A stretch of DNA of 64,000 nt from Flavobacteriales bacterium (GTDB lineage: Bacteria > Bacteroidota > Bacteroidia > NS11-12g > UBA955). The notes under the pieces are model-generated. The model worked only from the letters and a program-made list of their open reading frames with translations. It was not told where the DNA came from and ran no database searches. This document shows positions 49,094 through 59,316 of this stretch, piece after piece; positions within the stretch are counted from its first letter, which is position 1; each line of letters begins with the position of its first letter. A program made the position numbers and the translations under genes. Location of the stretch: the NCBI GenBank assembly GCA_947487175.1, contig CANKVM010000001.1, positions 998 to 64,997 on the forward strand. The letters run 5' to 3'.

Positions 49094-50368
49094 ATGCGTA
49101 AGATCATTTTCATATTCCTTTTTACATTAAGCACAATCCAAATTGGGTTAGGTCAAAACGTTAAAATTAAAAGTGTTTTATTTGTTGGCAACAGTTATAC
49201 TGGGGTAAACGATTTACCCAATTGGGTTCGTTTGGTTGGAGCAAGCCAAGGAGATACTTTTGAGGTAACTAGCTTTGCGCCAGGTGGCAGAACTTTCCAA
49301 GGACATTCTCAAGATCCACAGTTAATGATGCTCATTCAACAAAAAAATTACGATGCCGTTATTCTACAAGAACAAAGTCAACTCCCCTCTTTTCCAACTG
49401 ATCAGGTTGAAGCAGAGTGTTTTCCTTTCGCTAAATCGCTCGTAGACAGCATTCGCGCAAACAATCCATTTGCTAAAATAGTCTTTTATATGACCTGGGG
49501 CAGAAAAGATGGAGACGCACAAAATTGCCCAAATTGGCCTCCCGTTTGCACATTCAAAGGAATGAATCAGTTGTTGCACGACCGATACATGCAAATGGCA
49601 AAAGACAATTTCACTTGGGTAGCTCCGGTAGGTTCTGTTTGGAGGGACATTCGCGATACAACCTCTATCAATCTTTACCAAACAGATGGAAGCCATCCAT
49701 CATTTGAAGGTACGCATTTGGCAGGGCTTACCATTTATCAAGCTTTGTTTCAAAAGAAAATTAATGAACCCTGCTTTGTTGGTTCGTTGAATCAAACTAA
49801 CCACAATCAAATAAAAAATACCTCGACTGCCATTTTTAACGATAGCATTCAAAAATGGAATTACGATACTTGTAAAGTACCCATGCAATTCGAATATAAC
49901 ATGCTAAAGAATGTGAGCAGCGACAGCTGCTTTCTCAAATTAAATGCAATACACAAAGATCCTAGAGCCGACTATTATTGGTATTTAAAAGGCTCAGGAA
50001 ACAAATTCAACAAAATAGGCAGCAGTTTTTCTATTGATTCAATAAAAGTGAGTAAAAACAGCCAAATTTATTTAAAGGTAAAAAATGCTTGCGGTACAGA
50101 TTCTAGTATGCAGAAATTTGTATTTGTATCGGTTCAATCGATCAAAAACACAGTGAGATTGAAATGCATTGAAACCAGTATTGGTAAAGAAATTTCAATA
50201 CCAATTAAGTCTAAATCAGGCTCAATTCAATTGGTTGATATTCAGGGTCGAATTGTGGATACAAAAGCAATTGGAAATAACAGTTTATATACCGTTCCCA
50301 AAGTAAAATCAGGGATATATTATTTATTCATGAATCACACCTTGGTGTTCAAGTTAATCGTAGATTAA
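49094..50368 (+). CDS. secreted SGNH/GDSL-like hydrolase-fold protein with C-terminal type IX secretion (Por) sorting domain
   Basis: Signal MRKIIFIFLFTLSTIQIGLG; early VLFVGNSYT block (GDSL-like block I position); C-terminal about 80 aa beta-rich domain ending ...GIYYLFMNHTLVFKLIVD typical of T9SS CTD. Confidence 0.55.
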   Translation: MRKIIFIFLFTLSTIQIGLGQNVKIKSVLFVGNSYTGVNDLPNWVRLVGASQGDTFEVTSFAPGGRTFQGHSQDPQLMMLIQQKNYDAVILQEQSQLPSFPTDQVEAECFPFAKSLVDSIRANNPFAKIVFYMTWGRKDGDAQNCPNWPPVCTFKGMNQLLHDRYMQMAKDNFTWVAPVGSVWRDIRDTTSINLYQTDGSHPSFEGTHLAGLTIYQALFQKKINEPCFVGSLNQTNHNQIKNTSTAIFNDSIQKWNYDTCKVPMQFEYNMLKNVSSDSCFLKLNAIHKDPRADYYWYLKGSGNKFNKIGSSFSIDSIKVSKNSQIYLKVKNACGTDSSMQKFVFVSVQSIKNTVRLKCIETSIGKEISIPIKSKSGSIQLVDIQGRIVDTKAIGNNSLYTVPKVKSGIYYLFMNHTLVFKLIVD

Positions 50369-50821
50369 TTATTTAAAACGCTGAATATCGCGGGCAATGT
50401 CTTTCTCCTTCAAATCGTCGCGCTTGTCGAAGGTTTTCTTACCTTGTCCCAAACCGATTTCCATTTTGAAAATGCCACGTTCATTTTCATACAAACGGAT
50501 AGGAAAAACGGTATATCCTTTTGATTTGATTTTCATTTCAATTTTACGCAATTCTCTTTTATTCAATAAAAGTTTCCTATCGCGCATGGGTTCGTGGCTG
50601 TTATAACTTGCTAAGCTAAATTCAGAAATATGGATGTTTTTTAGAAACAGTTCACCATCTTGCAAAACACAATAACCATCGCCCATATTGACCGAATTAT
50701 TGCGAATAGATTTCACTTCTGTTCCCACCAATTGCATGCCGGCCTCATAGGTTTCCTCAATATGAAAATTGAATCTCGCACGTTTATTGGAAATTTCAAT
50801 TTTCTTTATACCCTTAGCCAT
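50369..50821 (-). CDS. smpB: SsrA-binding protein
   Basis: 150 aa; conserved SmpB pattern (NKRARFNFHIEETYEAG...GTEVKS...ISEF..., C-terminal basic tail). Confidence 0.9.
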   Translation of the reverse strand: MAKGIKKIEISNKRARFNFHIEETYEAGMQLVGTEVKSIRNNSVNMGDGYCVLQDGELFLKNIHISEFSLASYNSHEPMRDRKLLLNKRELRKIEMKIKSKGYTVFPIRLYENERGIFKMEIGLGQGKKTFDKRDDLKEKDIARDIQRFK

Positions 50822-51212
50822 TGATGATTTGATTTACAAGCCTTTCGAGCTTTTCCTTTTTTAATATTTTTTGTCCTTGTTCGCCTTCTGCAACGATTCT
50901 TTCTCCTACCCTAGCCACAAATGTGCAATCGATTTGATGTCCCTCAAGAACAGAAACGGTTGCAATAAATTCAATCGTATCGCCTAGCATCGCTGGTGAT
51001 TTGTGTCTGATATTCAAAAATGTACCGATTCCTTCTTCATCTGCTTCTTTCATTTGAAGGACAAATTGTCGGCAGACCCATTCGGCATCTCTGCCAAGTG
51101 CAAACGTGCTATAAAAAGGATGTACATTTCCGGTTTCGAAGGTTGCCAAATCTGATTGTTCAACAGTGTGAACAAGGCGCATGGTATGGCCAACCTCGAA
51201 AATATTTTTCAT
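50814..51212 (-). CDS. hotdog-fold acyl-CoA thioesterase (YbgC/4HBT-like)
   Basis: 132 aa, hotdog pattern with central helix region and catalytic Asp/Glu neighbourhood; overlaps smpB start by 8 nt. Confidence 0.55.
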   Translation of the reverse strand: MKNIFEVGHTMRLVHTVEQSDLATFETGNVHPFYSTFALGRDAEWVCRQFVLQMKEADEEGIGTFLNIRHKSPAMLGDTIEFIATVSVLEGHQIDCTFVARVGERIVAEGEQGQKILKKEKLERLVNQIING

Positions 51213-51550
51213 TTAAGGAGTTCAACCAGCTCTTTGCAATTGATTTCCATATGCGAAGCATCGTAGGTGCATTCCCCTTTTTCCACCCAAATAACTTGAG
51301 GTGATTCGTGATGAACGCTCAGTTTATCAGCAGTAGCATTGGACACATCGCGGTAAGCAATTAAGTCTAAATAATAAAAATTAGCCTTTTCGTAAAAGTC
51401 ACTTTCTAATTTCTCCAAACGATTCAATGCCATTGTACTAATGGAACAACGTGTTGAGTGTTTGAATATTACAGATGATTTGTTGTTAGAATCTAAAATT
51501 ATAGCATCTAACTGTTCAATGGAATTTAGCGCTTTCCATTTATTGTTCAT
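51209..51550 (-). CDS. YtxJ-like thioredoxin-fold protein (bacillithiol-system-associated monothiol T-C-x-x-S family)
   Basis: HSTRCSIS motif in a 113-aa thioredoxin-like fold, matching the YtxJ TCPIS-type active site. Confidence 0.55.
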   Translation of the reverse strand: MNNKWKALNSIEQLDAIILDSNNKSSVIFKHSTRCSISTMALNRLEKLESDFYEKANFYYLDLIAYRDVSNATADKLSVHHESPQVIWVEKGECTYDASHMEINCKELVELLK

Positions 51551-51677
51551 AGCGAACGATTAACGGGTTTTGAACGTTTTAGTCCCCAATGAAGGACACT
51601 GGTTCTTTTTTGAAGTTCCACAAGAAGTGATAAAAAGTGTGGCAATTCCAACAACGACGATTAACTTTGCGATTTTC

Positions 51678-52889
51678 ATGGTTTCTAATATTTACTGCAA
51701 ATTAAACAAATTTGATGCCAAAACAGAAGACATTTCCGAAATAAATTCAAAAATAATCGGTGAACTTCCTCTGAACCTAGGCAAACTCCAAAAATTACAT
51801 GGAGATTTCTTTCCTATTGCAGCAACCCAACACGAATTACAGAAGAAAGCACTGAAAAAAATTCCGAGTTTTATTCATGCTGGTTGTATCCTCGAAAAAC
51901 GAGCATACGAGCAATGTACTTCTGAGGATGTTGCCATTTGGAAAGCCCATTTCTTTCCCTCAAAAAAGCTTTTGAGCTTAACCGGCGGACTTGGCGTTGA
52001 CGAATGGGCATGGGCCAAATCTGGAACCCAGGTAACATCGATCGATATTGATTCAAACTTAAATCATTTGGCAAAATACAATTTCGATAAACTCAATGTT
52101 GAAATTAACCGACAAACCTCCGACGCCAACGATTTTATAACTTCTAATAATTTAAGCAATTACGACTTAATATACATTGATCCCGACCGCAGAGACGGCA
52201 ACACCCGAATCACGAATCAAGTTGCGAGTTACAGTCCCAACATCTTTGAAATCATTCAAAACAATCAACATAAAAACCTCAATTGGCTCATCAAATTGAG
52301 TCCAATGGTTGACACCGATTTTATTGAAAACTATCTTCCAGGAAATAAAAGCTATTACGCCATTGTTGTAAAGCAAGAAGTGAAAGAGCTGTTGGTTCAT
52401 GTTCAATTTACAGAGAGTCAATCAAAAACAAAAAGAGAAGTCGTTTCAATTGATGGATGCAAATACACATATTCTAGTCAAGTTTTCAATCCAGAGAGTT
52501 TAGCCCCTTCAAATATGGATTACATATTCGAGCCTAATGGAGGAATGATGTGTTTGAAATTGAATCGTGATTTATACCAATTGGATGGATTTACGCCACT
52601 GAATGTTCAGCATACTTTTTTCAAATGTAAGATCGAGTTTCCTTCTGAAATGGGACGATCATTTGTTCCCATTCATGACGAACCTATTTGTGGGGGATTG
52701 AATAAAATTGGCAAAACTATAAAAACTGAATTTAATATTAATGCTGCTTCAATTACTGCAAGGGAATGTAAACTTTCTACTGAAGAAATAAGAAAAAGTT
52801 TAGGGATAAAAGAAAGTGACACCCATTTTTTAATACTAACAAAGAGGGGAAATGACTTTTTGGCTTGGGTATGTGTAAAGCTTACTTAG
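51678..52889 (+). CDS. putative class I SAM-dependent methyltransferase-like protein. Start uncertain: the track gives a TTG at 51570 only 19 bp from the divergent ytxJ start, so the first ATG at 51678 is used
   Basis: Gly-rich Rossmann-like motif LSLTGGLGVDEWAWAKSG followed by acidic residue (VTSIDID); rest unassigned. Confidence 0.4.
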   Translation: MVSNIYCKLNKFDAKTEDISEINSKIIGELPLNLGKLQKLHGDFFPIAATQHELQKKALKKIPSFIHAGCILEKRAYEQCTSEDVAIWKAHFFPSKKLLSLTGGLGVDEWAWAKSGTQVTSIDIDSNLNHLAKYNFDKLNVEINRQTSDANDFITSNNLSNYDLIYIDPDRRDGNTRITNQVASYSPNIFEIIQNNQHKNLNWLIKLSPMVDTDFIENYLPGNKSYYAIVVKQEVKELLVHVQFTESQSKTKREVVSIDGCKYTYSSQVFNPESLAPSNMDYIFEPNGGMMCLKLNRDLYQLDGFTPLNVQHTFFKCKIEFPSEMGRSFVPIHDEPICGGLNKIGKTIKTEFNINAASITARECKLSTEEIRKSLGIKESDTHFLILTKRGNDFLAWVCVKLT

Positions 52890-53643
52890 AACAACGACTC
52901 ACGTAGTCTTCTAATGCCGCAACCATGCTTGGAATTCCTGGAGCAGGGGCAGTGATATCTAAGATTAAGTTATGTTCGGCAATGGCAGCTTGGGTACTTG
53001 CACCAAAACCTGCAATTCTCGTTTTATTCTGAATGAAGTCTGGAAAGTTATCGTAAAGGCTTTTGATATCTGCAGGACTAAAGAACACCAAGATATCGTA
53101 AAATACTTCTTTCAAATCGCTCAAATCTGAGCTAACCGTTCTGTAAATGATGCATTCAGAAAAATCAAATCCATTTTCGTTAAAGTAATCGGGAATGCTT
53201 GATTTACGAATATCAGAGCACGGAAATAAGAATTTCTCTTTTTTATGCGTTTTGAATAAGGTTAAAAAATCTTTTTCGTTTCCTTTAGACGTAAACATTT
53301 TACGTTTTCTAGGAACAATATACTTTTGAACGTAATTAGAAACATTTTCATTGATTGAGAAATACTTTGTTTCCGCCGACATTTCAATTTTCATTTCAGC
53401 CGCTAACGAAAAGAAATAATCTACTGCATTTTTCGAATTAAAAATAATGGCAGTAAAATCAGCAAAATTTACTTTTTGCTTTCTAATTTCCTTTGGGGTA
53501 AGCGGTTCAATATGAATGAAGGCACGAAAATCAATTGTAAGTTTGTGCTTTTTCGCAAACTCCTCATACACATTTTTCCCCGGCTCTGGAGGTGGCTGAG
53601 TGATCAGAATATTCTTAACTTTAATCTCTCTTTCGGCTGTCAT
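52882..53643 (-). CDS. hemD: uroporphyrinogen-III synthase
   Basis: 253 aa; HemD fold pattern and Bacteroidota HemD N-terminus (ILITQPPPE...); convergent 8-nt overlap with preceding gene. Confidence 0.7.
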   Translation of the reverse strand: MTAEREIKVKNILITQPPPEPGKNVYEEFAKKHKLTIDFRAFIHIEPLTPKEIRKQKVNFADFTAIIFNSKNAVDYFFSLAAEMKIEMSAETKYFSINENVSNYVQKYIVPRKRKMFTSKGNEKDFLTLFKTHKKEKFLFPCSDIRKSSIPDYFNENGFDFSECIIYRTVSSDLSDLKEVFYDILVFFSPADIKSLYDNFPDFIQNKTRIAGFGASTQAAIAEHNLILDITAPAPGIPSMVAALEDYVSRCSK

Positions 53644-53645
53644 GT

Positions 53646-54605
53646 CTATAAATTACTTTTGATATATTTGAAAAGCAGTAAGTATGGAATAACTTCCAAG
53701 GTGCAAAAATACAAAATTGCAACGAAAGAACGATAATTATCTTGGAATAGCCCCAACAATTGTATAATCAATCTCGTAATTATCCATATTATAAGTATTG
53801 TAAGTACAATTAAAGACAAGTTAATATTCTGTAATTGAGACCCGTTATAATAGATAAGAATGAAAATGGGAATCATTACAACACCAAAAATAAGATTTAC
53901 ATTTATTTGACGTTGCATTTGACGTTTCCACAATTCTGCCAATTCCAAACTTGATGTAAAAGTAAATTGCATAAAATAGTGAATTAGAAAAAGCAATGAA
54001 ACAAATAAAAGTGCAACTGAAAATGTTGTTAAACTATTTAGCGCAACATATTCTGAAGTAATTATGTACAGCAATACCCCTTGACAAAAAACCAACAGCC
54101 CAATAACATATGCATGCACACTACCGGCTATTGAACTTGCCTTTTGTTCATTAATAAGATCTTCGAAGTAATACTTTTTTAGAAAACTCTTGATTCTCAG
54201 TTCTAACTGCTTAGAAAACACCGCTCTAAAATAAATAAAATACAAAATAATAAATAGACTTAATCCAAAGAACCAGAATCTGCCTCGCGATACATGCAAA
54301 TAGGTTTCATGGATAAATGGATTAAATGGATCAGGAGAAATACCTACCCTTTTTTCAGGTAATTTAATGGTAATTGCATTTTCTAAAACTTTCACCAAAC
54401 TATCTGTCTTACAAGAATCAATAAAAAGATAAGCATTGTATTCAGGCCAAGTCATCTTATGAACCACAGCACTAGTATCAATTATTTGAATATCTAAGCT
54501 GTCAATTTGTTGGGCAGAGATCGAATATCCCTCATGAGTGAAAAACAAAAGAAAAACAGCAAAAAGGCATTTCAAACCCCATTTTATTGTTCCACTTTGT
54601 TTCAT
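53646..54605 (-). CDS. polytopic membrane protein, DUF4271-like (commonly upstream of hemD in Bacteroidota)
   Basis: Signal/TM then 5-6 TM helices; gene order with hemD (2-nt gap). Confidence 0.5.
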   Translation of the reverse strand: MKQSGTIKWGLKCLFAVFLLFFTHEGYSISAQQIDSLDIQIIDTSAVVHKMTWPEYNAYLFIDSCKTDSLVKVLENAITIKLPEKRVGISPDPFNPFIHETYLHVSRGRFWFFGLSLFIILYFIYFRAVFSKQLELRIKSFLKKYYFEDLINEQKASSIAGSVHAYVIGLLVFCQGVLLYIITSEYVALNSLTTFSVALLFVSLLFLIHYFMQFTFTSSLELAELWKRQMQRQINVNLIFGVVMIPIFILIYYNGSQLQNINLSLIVLTILIIWIITRLIIQLLGLFQDNYRSFVAILYFCTLEVIPYLLLFKYIKSNL

Positions 54606-54680
54606 CTTGCTGCAAAAATAATCGATAAATATTGAGAATGATATTATCTGGAATTAGATTTCAATAAATATTCGAGACCT

Positions 54681-55814
54681 TTGCAATTCGTGGCTGGTAT
54701 TTATATCCATATTCCCTTTTGCCGAAAAGCATGCAATTATTGTAATTTCCATTTTAGCACTTCCTTAAAAGTAGTTGATCAAATGGTAAATGCCATTGCT
54801 ACGGAGTTGAAATTACGCATTTTGGAACTTGGAAATTCGCCAATTGATACCATCTATTTTGGCGGTGGCACCCCTTCCCTCCTATCTGAAAATCATTTGG
54901 ATCAAATATTTAATGCCATTGAATCTAATTTCAATTTGAGGGACATTCAAGAAATTACTTTAGAAGCCAATCCGGAAGACATTACAACCGTATCGCTTCA
55001 AACTTGGAAAAAGTTCAATATTGACAGACTCAGCATTGGCGTGCAATCACTGAACGAAGCAGAGTTAACGTTCATGAATAGGAACCACAACGCCGTTCAA
55101 TCGAGGACGGCCATTGAACTTGCCTTAAATGCCAACTTTAAAAACATTACCCTAGATTTGATCTATGGAAGTCCTTGGAAAACAGATGAAGATTGGACAG
55201 CTGAATTGACTTGGGCATTGAATGCTGGCATTACCCATTTATCGGCTTATGCCTTAACCGTTGAGCCCAAAACACATTTAGCCAATCAGATTAGCAAAAA
55301 TATTTTACCATCACCCACCGATGAAAGAATGGAATCGCAATTCAATGTCCTTCAAGAATATATTTCAAAAAACGGTTGGGATGCCTACGAAATTAGCAAT
55401 TATTGCAAACCTAGTCACAGAGCAGTTCACAATTCAAATTATTGGGCGGGCAAACCTTATTTGGGTGTTGGTCCATCAGCCCATTCTTTTGATGGACAAA
55501 ATAACCGCCGTTGTAATGTTTCAAACAACGCCATGTATATGAAAGGTGTTGAAAGTGAAACCGTTTACTGGGAAAACGAAGAACTTACAATTGAAAATAA
55601 ATTCAACGAATATTTGATGACGAAACTTCGCACAGCTGAGGGAATAGATTTGAATTATGTTGATTCTATGCAGTCAACGTGGAAAAGTAATAATAACAAA
55701 ACCATTGAAAAACTGATAAGGAATAAAAATATTGAAATGAATGACAATGGGTTGTATTTAACCAACAGTGGCAAATTGATTTCCGATTATATTATTTCTT
55801 TGCTCATGGTTTAA
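54681..55814 (+). CDS. hemW: radical SAM heme chaperone HemW (HemN-like, oxygen-independent coproporphyrinogen oxidase family); TTG start at 54681, GTG alternative at 54690
   Basis: IYIHIPFCRKACNYCNFH radical-SAM CxxxCxxC cluster motif at N-terminus, HemN C-terminal domain. Confidence 0.85.
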   Translation: MQFVAGIYIHIPFCRKACNYCNFHFSTSLKVVDQMVNAIATELKLRILELGNSPIDTIYFGGGTPSLLSENHLDQIFNAIESNFNLRDIQEITLEANPEDITTVSLQTWKKFNIDRLSIGVQSLNEAELTFMNRNHNAVQSRTAIELALNANFKNITLDLIYGSPWKTDEDWTAELTWALNAGITHLSAYALTVEPKTHLANQISKNILPSPTDERMESQFNVLQEYISKNGWDAYEISNYCKPSHRAVHNSNYWAGKPYLGVGPSAHSFDGQNNRRCNVSNNAMYMKGVESETVYWENEELTIENKFNEYLMTKLRTAEGIDLNYVDSMQSTWKSNNNKTIEKLIRNKNIEMNDNGLYLTNSGKLISDYIISLLMV

Positions 55815-55952
55815 TTTTAGTAAAATTCATCAAAAATTAATTCACTTTTATAGAATTAAAGCCTCACTTCAATGGGGCTTTTCTTTTTTATGATTTCTGT
55901 CATTTTTTTTCATAATTAGAGTTGTACCTTTGAACTATAATTATTTACGATT

Positions 55953-56822
55953 ATGAATAGAAAAACCAACAACAACATTTTGGTACCAACAGATTTTTCT
56001 GATGTTGCTGAATGTGCTTTACAGCACGCAATTAAAGTAGCTCAAGCCTATAAAAATGAAATCACACTTCTTTTTATATTCGAAGAAGGAATTTTAGGTG
56101 GTTTATTTTCTGGTTCTCAATCTGATGTAATGAAGGATGCAATTGGAACAAAACTTCAATTGAAAGCAGATGAAATTACCAAAGCATCTGGAATCAAAAC
56201 TTCATACAGAATTGGTAAAGGGAAAGTGTATAAAGCTATTTCTGAAATTGCCAATGAAGAGCATTTTGATTCTATCATTATGGGTAGCCATGGTGCATCA
56301 GGATTCGAGCAAATTGTTGGATCAAATGCTTCTAGAACCATTCAATATGCAGAGGTTCCTGTAGTTGTTGTTAAAAATTCCAATATTGGAGCAAAAGGTT
56401 ATAGCAAAATTGTAATGCCTATTGACTTAACCATTGAAACCCGTCAAAAAGTTGATTGGGCTATTCACTTGGCTAAAAAATTCGATTCTGAGATTCACGT
56501 TGTTTATTCAAAATCTAGCGACGAATATTTAGACCGTAAAATCCAAAACAACATTGCACAAGTTGAATACGATTTGAAAGCTAAAAATGTAAAATACCAA
56601 ATCTATGAATTCAAAGACGGCGTGTTAGACAACTTCGCAACTGAAATTCACAACTACGCAAATATTGTAAATGCAGATTTGATTTTGGCAATGACACATA
56701 CAGAAAAAGGAATTTCTGAAATCATCATTGGAACCCTTACCCAACAAATTGTAAACAGAGCCAACAATGTAGCTGTAATGTGCATTCACCCGCGTGAAAC
56801 TGCTTTCAATTACGATTATTAA
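55953..56822 (+). CDS. uspA: tandem-domain universal stress protein
   Basis: Two Usp domains each with ATP-binding G-x2-G-x9-G(S/T) pattern (MGSHGASGFEQIVGSNAS ; second domain ...IIIGTLTQQIVNRAN...). Confidence 0.75.
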   Translation: MNRKTNNNILVPTDFSDVAECALQHAIKVAQAYKNEITLLFIFEEGILGGLFSGSQSDVMKDAIGTKLQLKADEITKASGIKTSYRIGKGKVYKAISEIANEEHFDSIIMGSHGASGFEQIVGSNASRTIQYAEVPVVVVKNSNIGAKGYSKIVMPIDLTIETRQKVDWAIHLAKKFDSEIHVVYSKSSDEYLDRKIQNNIAQVEYDLKAKNVKYQIYEFKDGVLDNFATEIHNYANIVNADLILAMTHTEKGISEIIIGTLTQQIVNRANNVAVMCIHPRETAFNYDY

Positions 56823-56840
56823 TTCTTAATAAATCTCATA

Positions 56841-56868
56841 AAAAAGGCTGCCAATGGCAGCCTTTTTT
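56841..56868. terminator. bidirectional rho-independent terminator between uspA (+) and TonB-dependent receptor (-)
   Basis: GGCTGCC-AAT-GGCAGCC hairpin flanked by A6 and T6. Confidence 0.75.
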
Positions 56869-56892
56869 GTTTATCAAAAGATAAAATGTCCC

Positions 56893-59316
56893 TTAAAAAT
56901 CTAAAATGATACCAATTGTTGGTAACACGTTGCCCGATGAGTTTACCAAGTAGTCTGTGGCATATTGATTTGGATTATTTGAATCTTTAATCAAATTACC
57001 CTGTGCATCTTGTCTGGCAATTAACGTTGATGGACCAACGTATTGATAATTAAAGAAATTCTGAATGTCGATGTACAAATTCAACGACCATTTCTTTTTG
57101 TACCAAACTTTATCTATCCTTAAATCAAATTGATTGAAATTACCCAAACGTTTTGTATTTAATTGGTTATAATCCAAAATCGCAACACCCCTTGCGTTCC
57201 AATTGGCAACGTTCATTGAAGTTGCAATATCATTTGGCGTATAAGGTCTACCCGTTACAAATCTCCACTTCGCTCCTATTTCCCAGTTCTTTTTCAATTT
57301 CTTACCTGCAACCACCGAAAGTGTATGACGGCTATCCCAAGCACTCGCTACCATTTTGTCGTTTTTGTCTGCAAATTGCGACCACGCCAAGGTATAACTT
57401 AAAATTCCATACAGTCCATTTCTAGACCTGCGTTGAATTAAAAATTCAGTTCCATAAGCCTGCCCTTTGGCAATAGAACTTACGGGCTCGTTTCCTACCA
57501 CCGCAAAATCTGCTCCCAAATTACCCAAGCTAATGCTATCGTTCAAAGCCAGAGGATATTGGTCGTAGAATTTATAAAATCCCTCCAAAGTAATTTTTGT
57601 CTCTTGTCCTTGGTTGTACTGAAATCCCGCAGAAACCATTCTATTTCTAATATATTTTACCCTAGACTGGTTCACCAAATTAAAGTTAGCATCTCTGTAA
57701 CCCAAAACGGTGTAGGCTGGCAATTGGAAAAATTGACCCACATTGGCATTAAAATACAGTTTATTTTTTAGAGGGACAGAAACCGACGCAGAAATTGTAG
57801 GTTGCGAAAAAGGATTTTGAGTGTTGCTGCCATAAGATGAACCATCTAACCTCGCTGCCAATGAAACCATGGTACCGCGATTTCCAACCAACCCGGAAAT
57901 TCTTGCAAAACCAGCATATTTATATGTTTCTAACAAACTTGAAAAGTTTATTGCAATTGGGGCAGAATTTGGTTTTACAATTTTATTGTAAGAACTCACC
58001 GTATACTTTACATACTCAACACCTGTTCCCAACATCCAATCAAAGCCTTTCAGCTTACCAGAATGCTCAATGCGCAGTTTGTTTTCAGCTTCTCTGCTTT
58101 TGTATTTCAAGTTCAAATTAGATTCAGAACTTTGATCGTTGTTGGCATACTTTACCGTTTCGTTGTTCAACATATTTCTGCTTAGAAAGTACTGTGTTTT
58201 GGTTTTTTCTGAGAAATGCGTGTAAACCATACCGAAGGTATAATTCCATTGAGAATATACCGGCAAATAACCCAAAATATACTTGTTGGCTTTTAGTTTG
58301 GCGGTATCGGTAATGCCATCATTCACATTTTCGTTTAACTGAAAATAATCAACAGCACCTACGGTAATAAACGACAAATTATCTTTGCCCTTCAATTGGA
58401 TTTTTACCTTTCCTTGATAGTCAATAAAATTAGGGAAGAAAGGAAGTTTCAATAATGTAAACAGGCCTTTCAAGTAACTTTGACGCGCAGAGAAAATATA
58501 ACTCACTTTCTTTTTCTTGCCAATTGGACCGTCGGCAGTAAATCCCAAATCGCTACTACCCACGGTAAATCTGTATTTGCCTTTTTGCATATTACCATCA
58601 ATTTGCTGGAAATCTAGAACGGCGCTCAATCCGTTGGCATAGTTAATTGGAAATGCTCCTGAGAAGAAGTTCACTTTCTTAATAAAGTTCACATTCAATA
58701 AACCGACAGGGCCACCCGTACTTCCTTGGGTTTGAAAATGGTTGATAATTGGAATTTCAATTCCATCTAAGTAAAATTTATTTTCAACTGGTGAACCACC
58801 ACGAATTACGATATCGTTTCTAAAGCCTGGAATAGAAATCACCCCTGGCAACGACTGAATAATTTTAGAAATATCTCGGTTACCCCCTGGATTTTTTTCA
58901 ATTTCACGAATTGAAAGTTCTTGAGAGGATATTGGACTTTCGGCAGAACGCTTTTGCAAAGCAGAACGACTAATATTCACCTGCCCCACAGTTTCAGCAA
59001 GTGATTCCATTTCAATAATTACTTCATTTTGTTTGTCGTAGGTATACAATTGTTCGTAGCTGCTTCCGTCTTTGAAGCCTTCTAATTGGGCTGTAACCGT
59101 GTAAAAACCTGGTTCCACCCCTTTTATTTCAAACAATCCATTTTCATCGGAGGTTGCTACAAAATCGGTTTTAGGCACCAATACTTTCACTCCTTTGATG
59201 GCCACATTGGTTTGGGCATCGACTACTTTTCCCTTAATGATAACTATTTGCGCTTGAATTTGTGCCATGAACGCCATGGCTAAAATTGCGAAAAATAGTT
59301 TAATATTTTTTTGCAT
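56893..59316 (-). CDS. TonB-dependent outer-membrane receptor with N-terminal carboxypeptidase-regulatory-like domain. Start set at MQKNIKLFF (ATG 59314-59316); the track ORF's upstream extension is rejected
   Basis: Signal peptide MQKNIKLFFAILAMAFMAQIQA; CarbopepD_reg-like IIKGKVVDAQTNVAIKGVKVLV; plug and 22-strand barrel; C-terminal aromatic terminus ...GIILDF; no adjacent SusD. Confidence 0.8.
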   Translation of the reverse strand: MQKNIKLFFAILAMAFMAQIQAQIVIIKGKVVDAQTNVAIKGVKVLVPKTDFVATSDENGLFEIKGVEPGFYTVTAQLEGFKDGSSYEQLYTYDKQNEVIIEMESLAETVGQVNISRSALQKRSAESPISSQELSIREIEKNPGGNRDISKIIQSLPGVISIPGFRNDIVIRGGSPVENKFYLDGIEIPIINHFQTQGSTGGPVGLLNVNFIKKVNFFSGAFPINYANGLSAVLDFQQIDGNMQKGKYRFTVGSSDLGFTADGPIGKKKKVSYIFSARQSYLKGLFTLLKLPFFPNFIDYQGKVKIQLKGKDNLSFITVGAVDYFQLNENVNDGITDTAKLKANKYILGYLPVYSQWNYTFGMVYTHFSEKTKTQYFLSRNMLNNETVKYANNDQSSESNLNLKYKSREAENKLRIEHSGKLKGFDWMLGTGVEYVKYTVSSYNKIVKPNSAPIAINFSSLLETYKYAGFARISGLVGNRGTMVSLAARLDGSSYGSNTQNPFSQPTISASVSVPLKNKLYFNANVGQFFQLPAYTVLGYRDANFNLVNQSRVKYIRNRMVSAGFQYNQGQETKITLEGFYKFYDQYPLALNDSISLGNLGADFAVVGNEPVSSIAKGQAYGTEFLIQRRSRNGLYGILSYTLAWSQFADKNDKMVASAWDSRHTLSVVAGKKLKKNWEIGAKWRFVTGRPYTPNDIATSMNVANWNARGVAILDYNQLNTKRLGNFNQFDLRIDKVWYKKKWSLNLYIDIQNFFNYQYVGPSTLIARQDAQGNLIKDSNNPNQYATDYLVNSSGNVLPTIGIILDF

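Noticed and set aside
51570-51677. TTG start giving a 439-aa product for the methyltransferase-like gene
   Set aside because: Leaves only 19 bp between divergent start codons (ytxJ at 51550); first ATG at 51678 chosen, though true start remains uncertain
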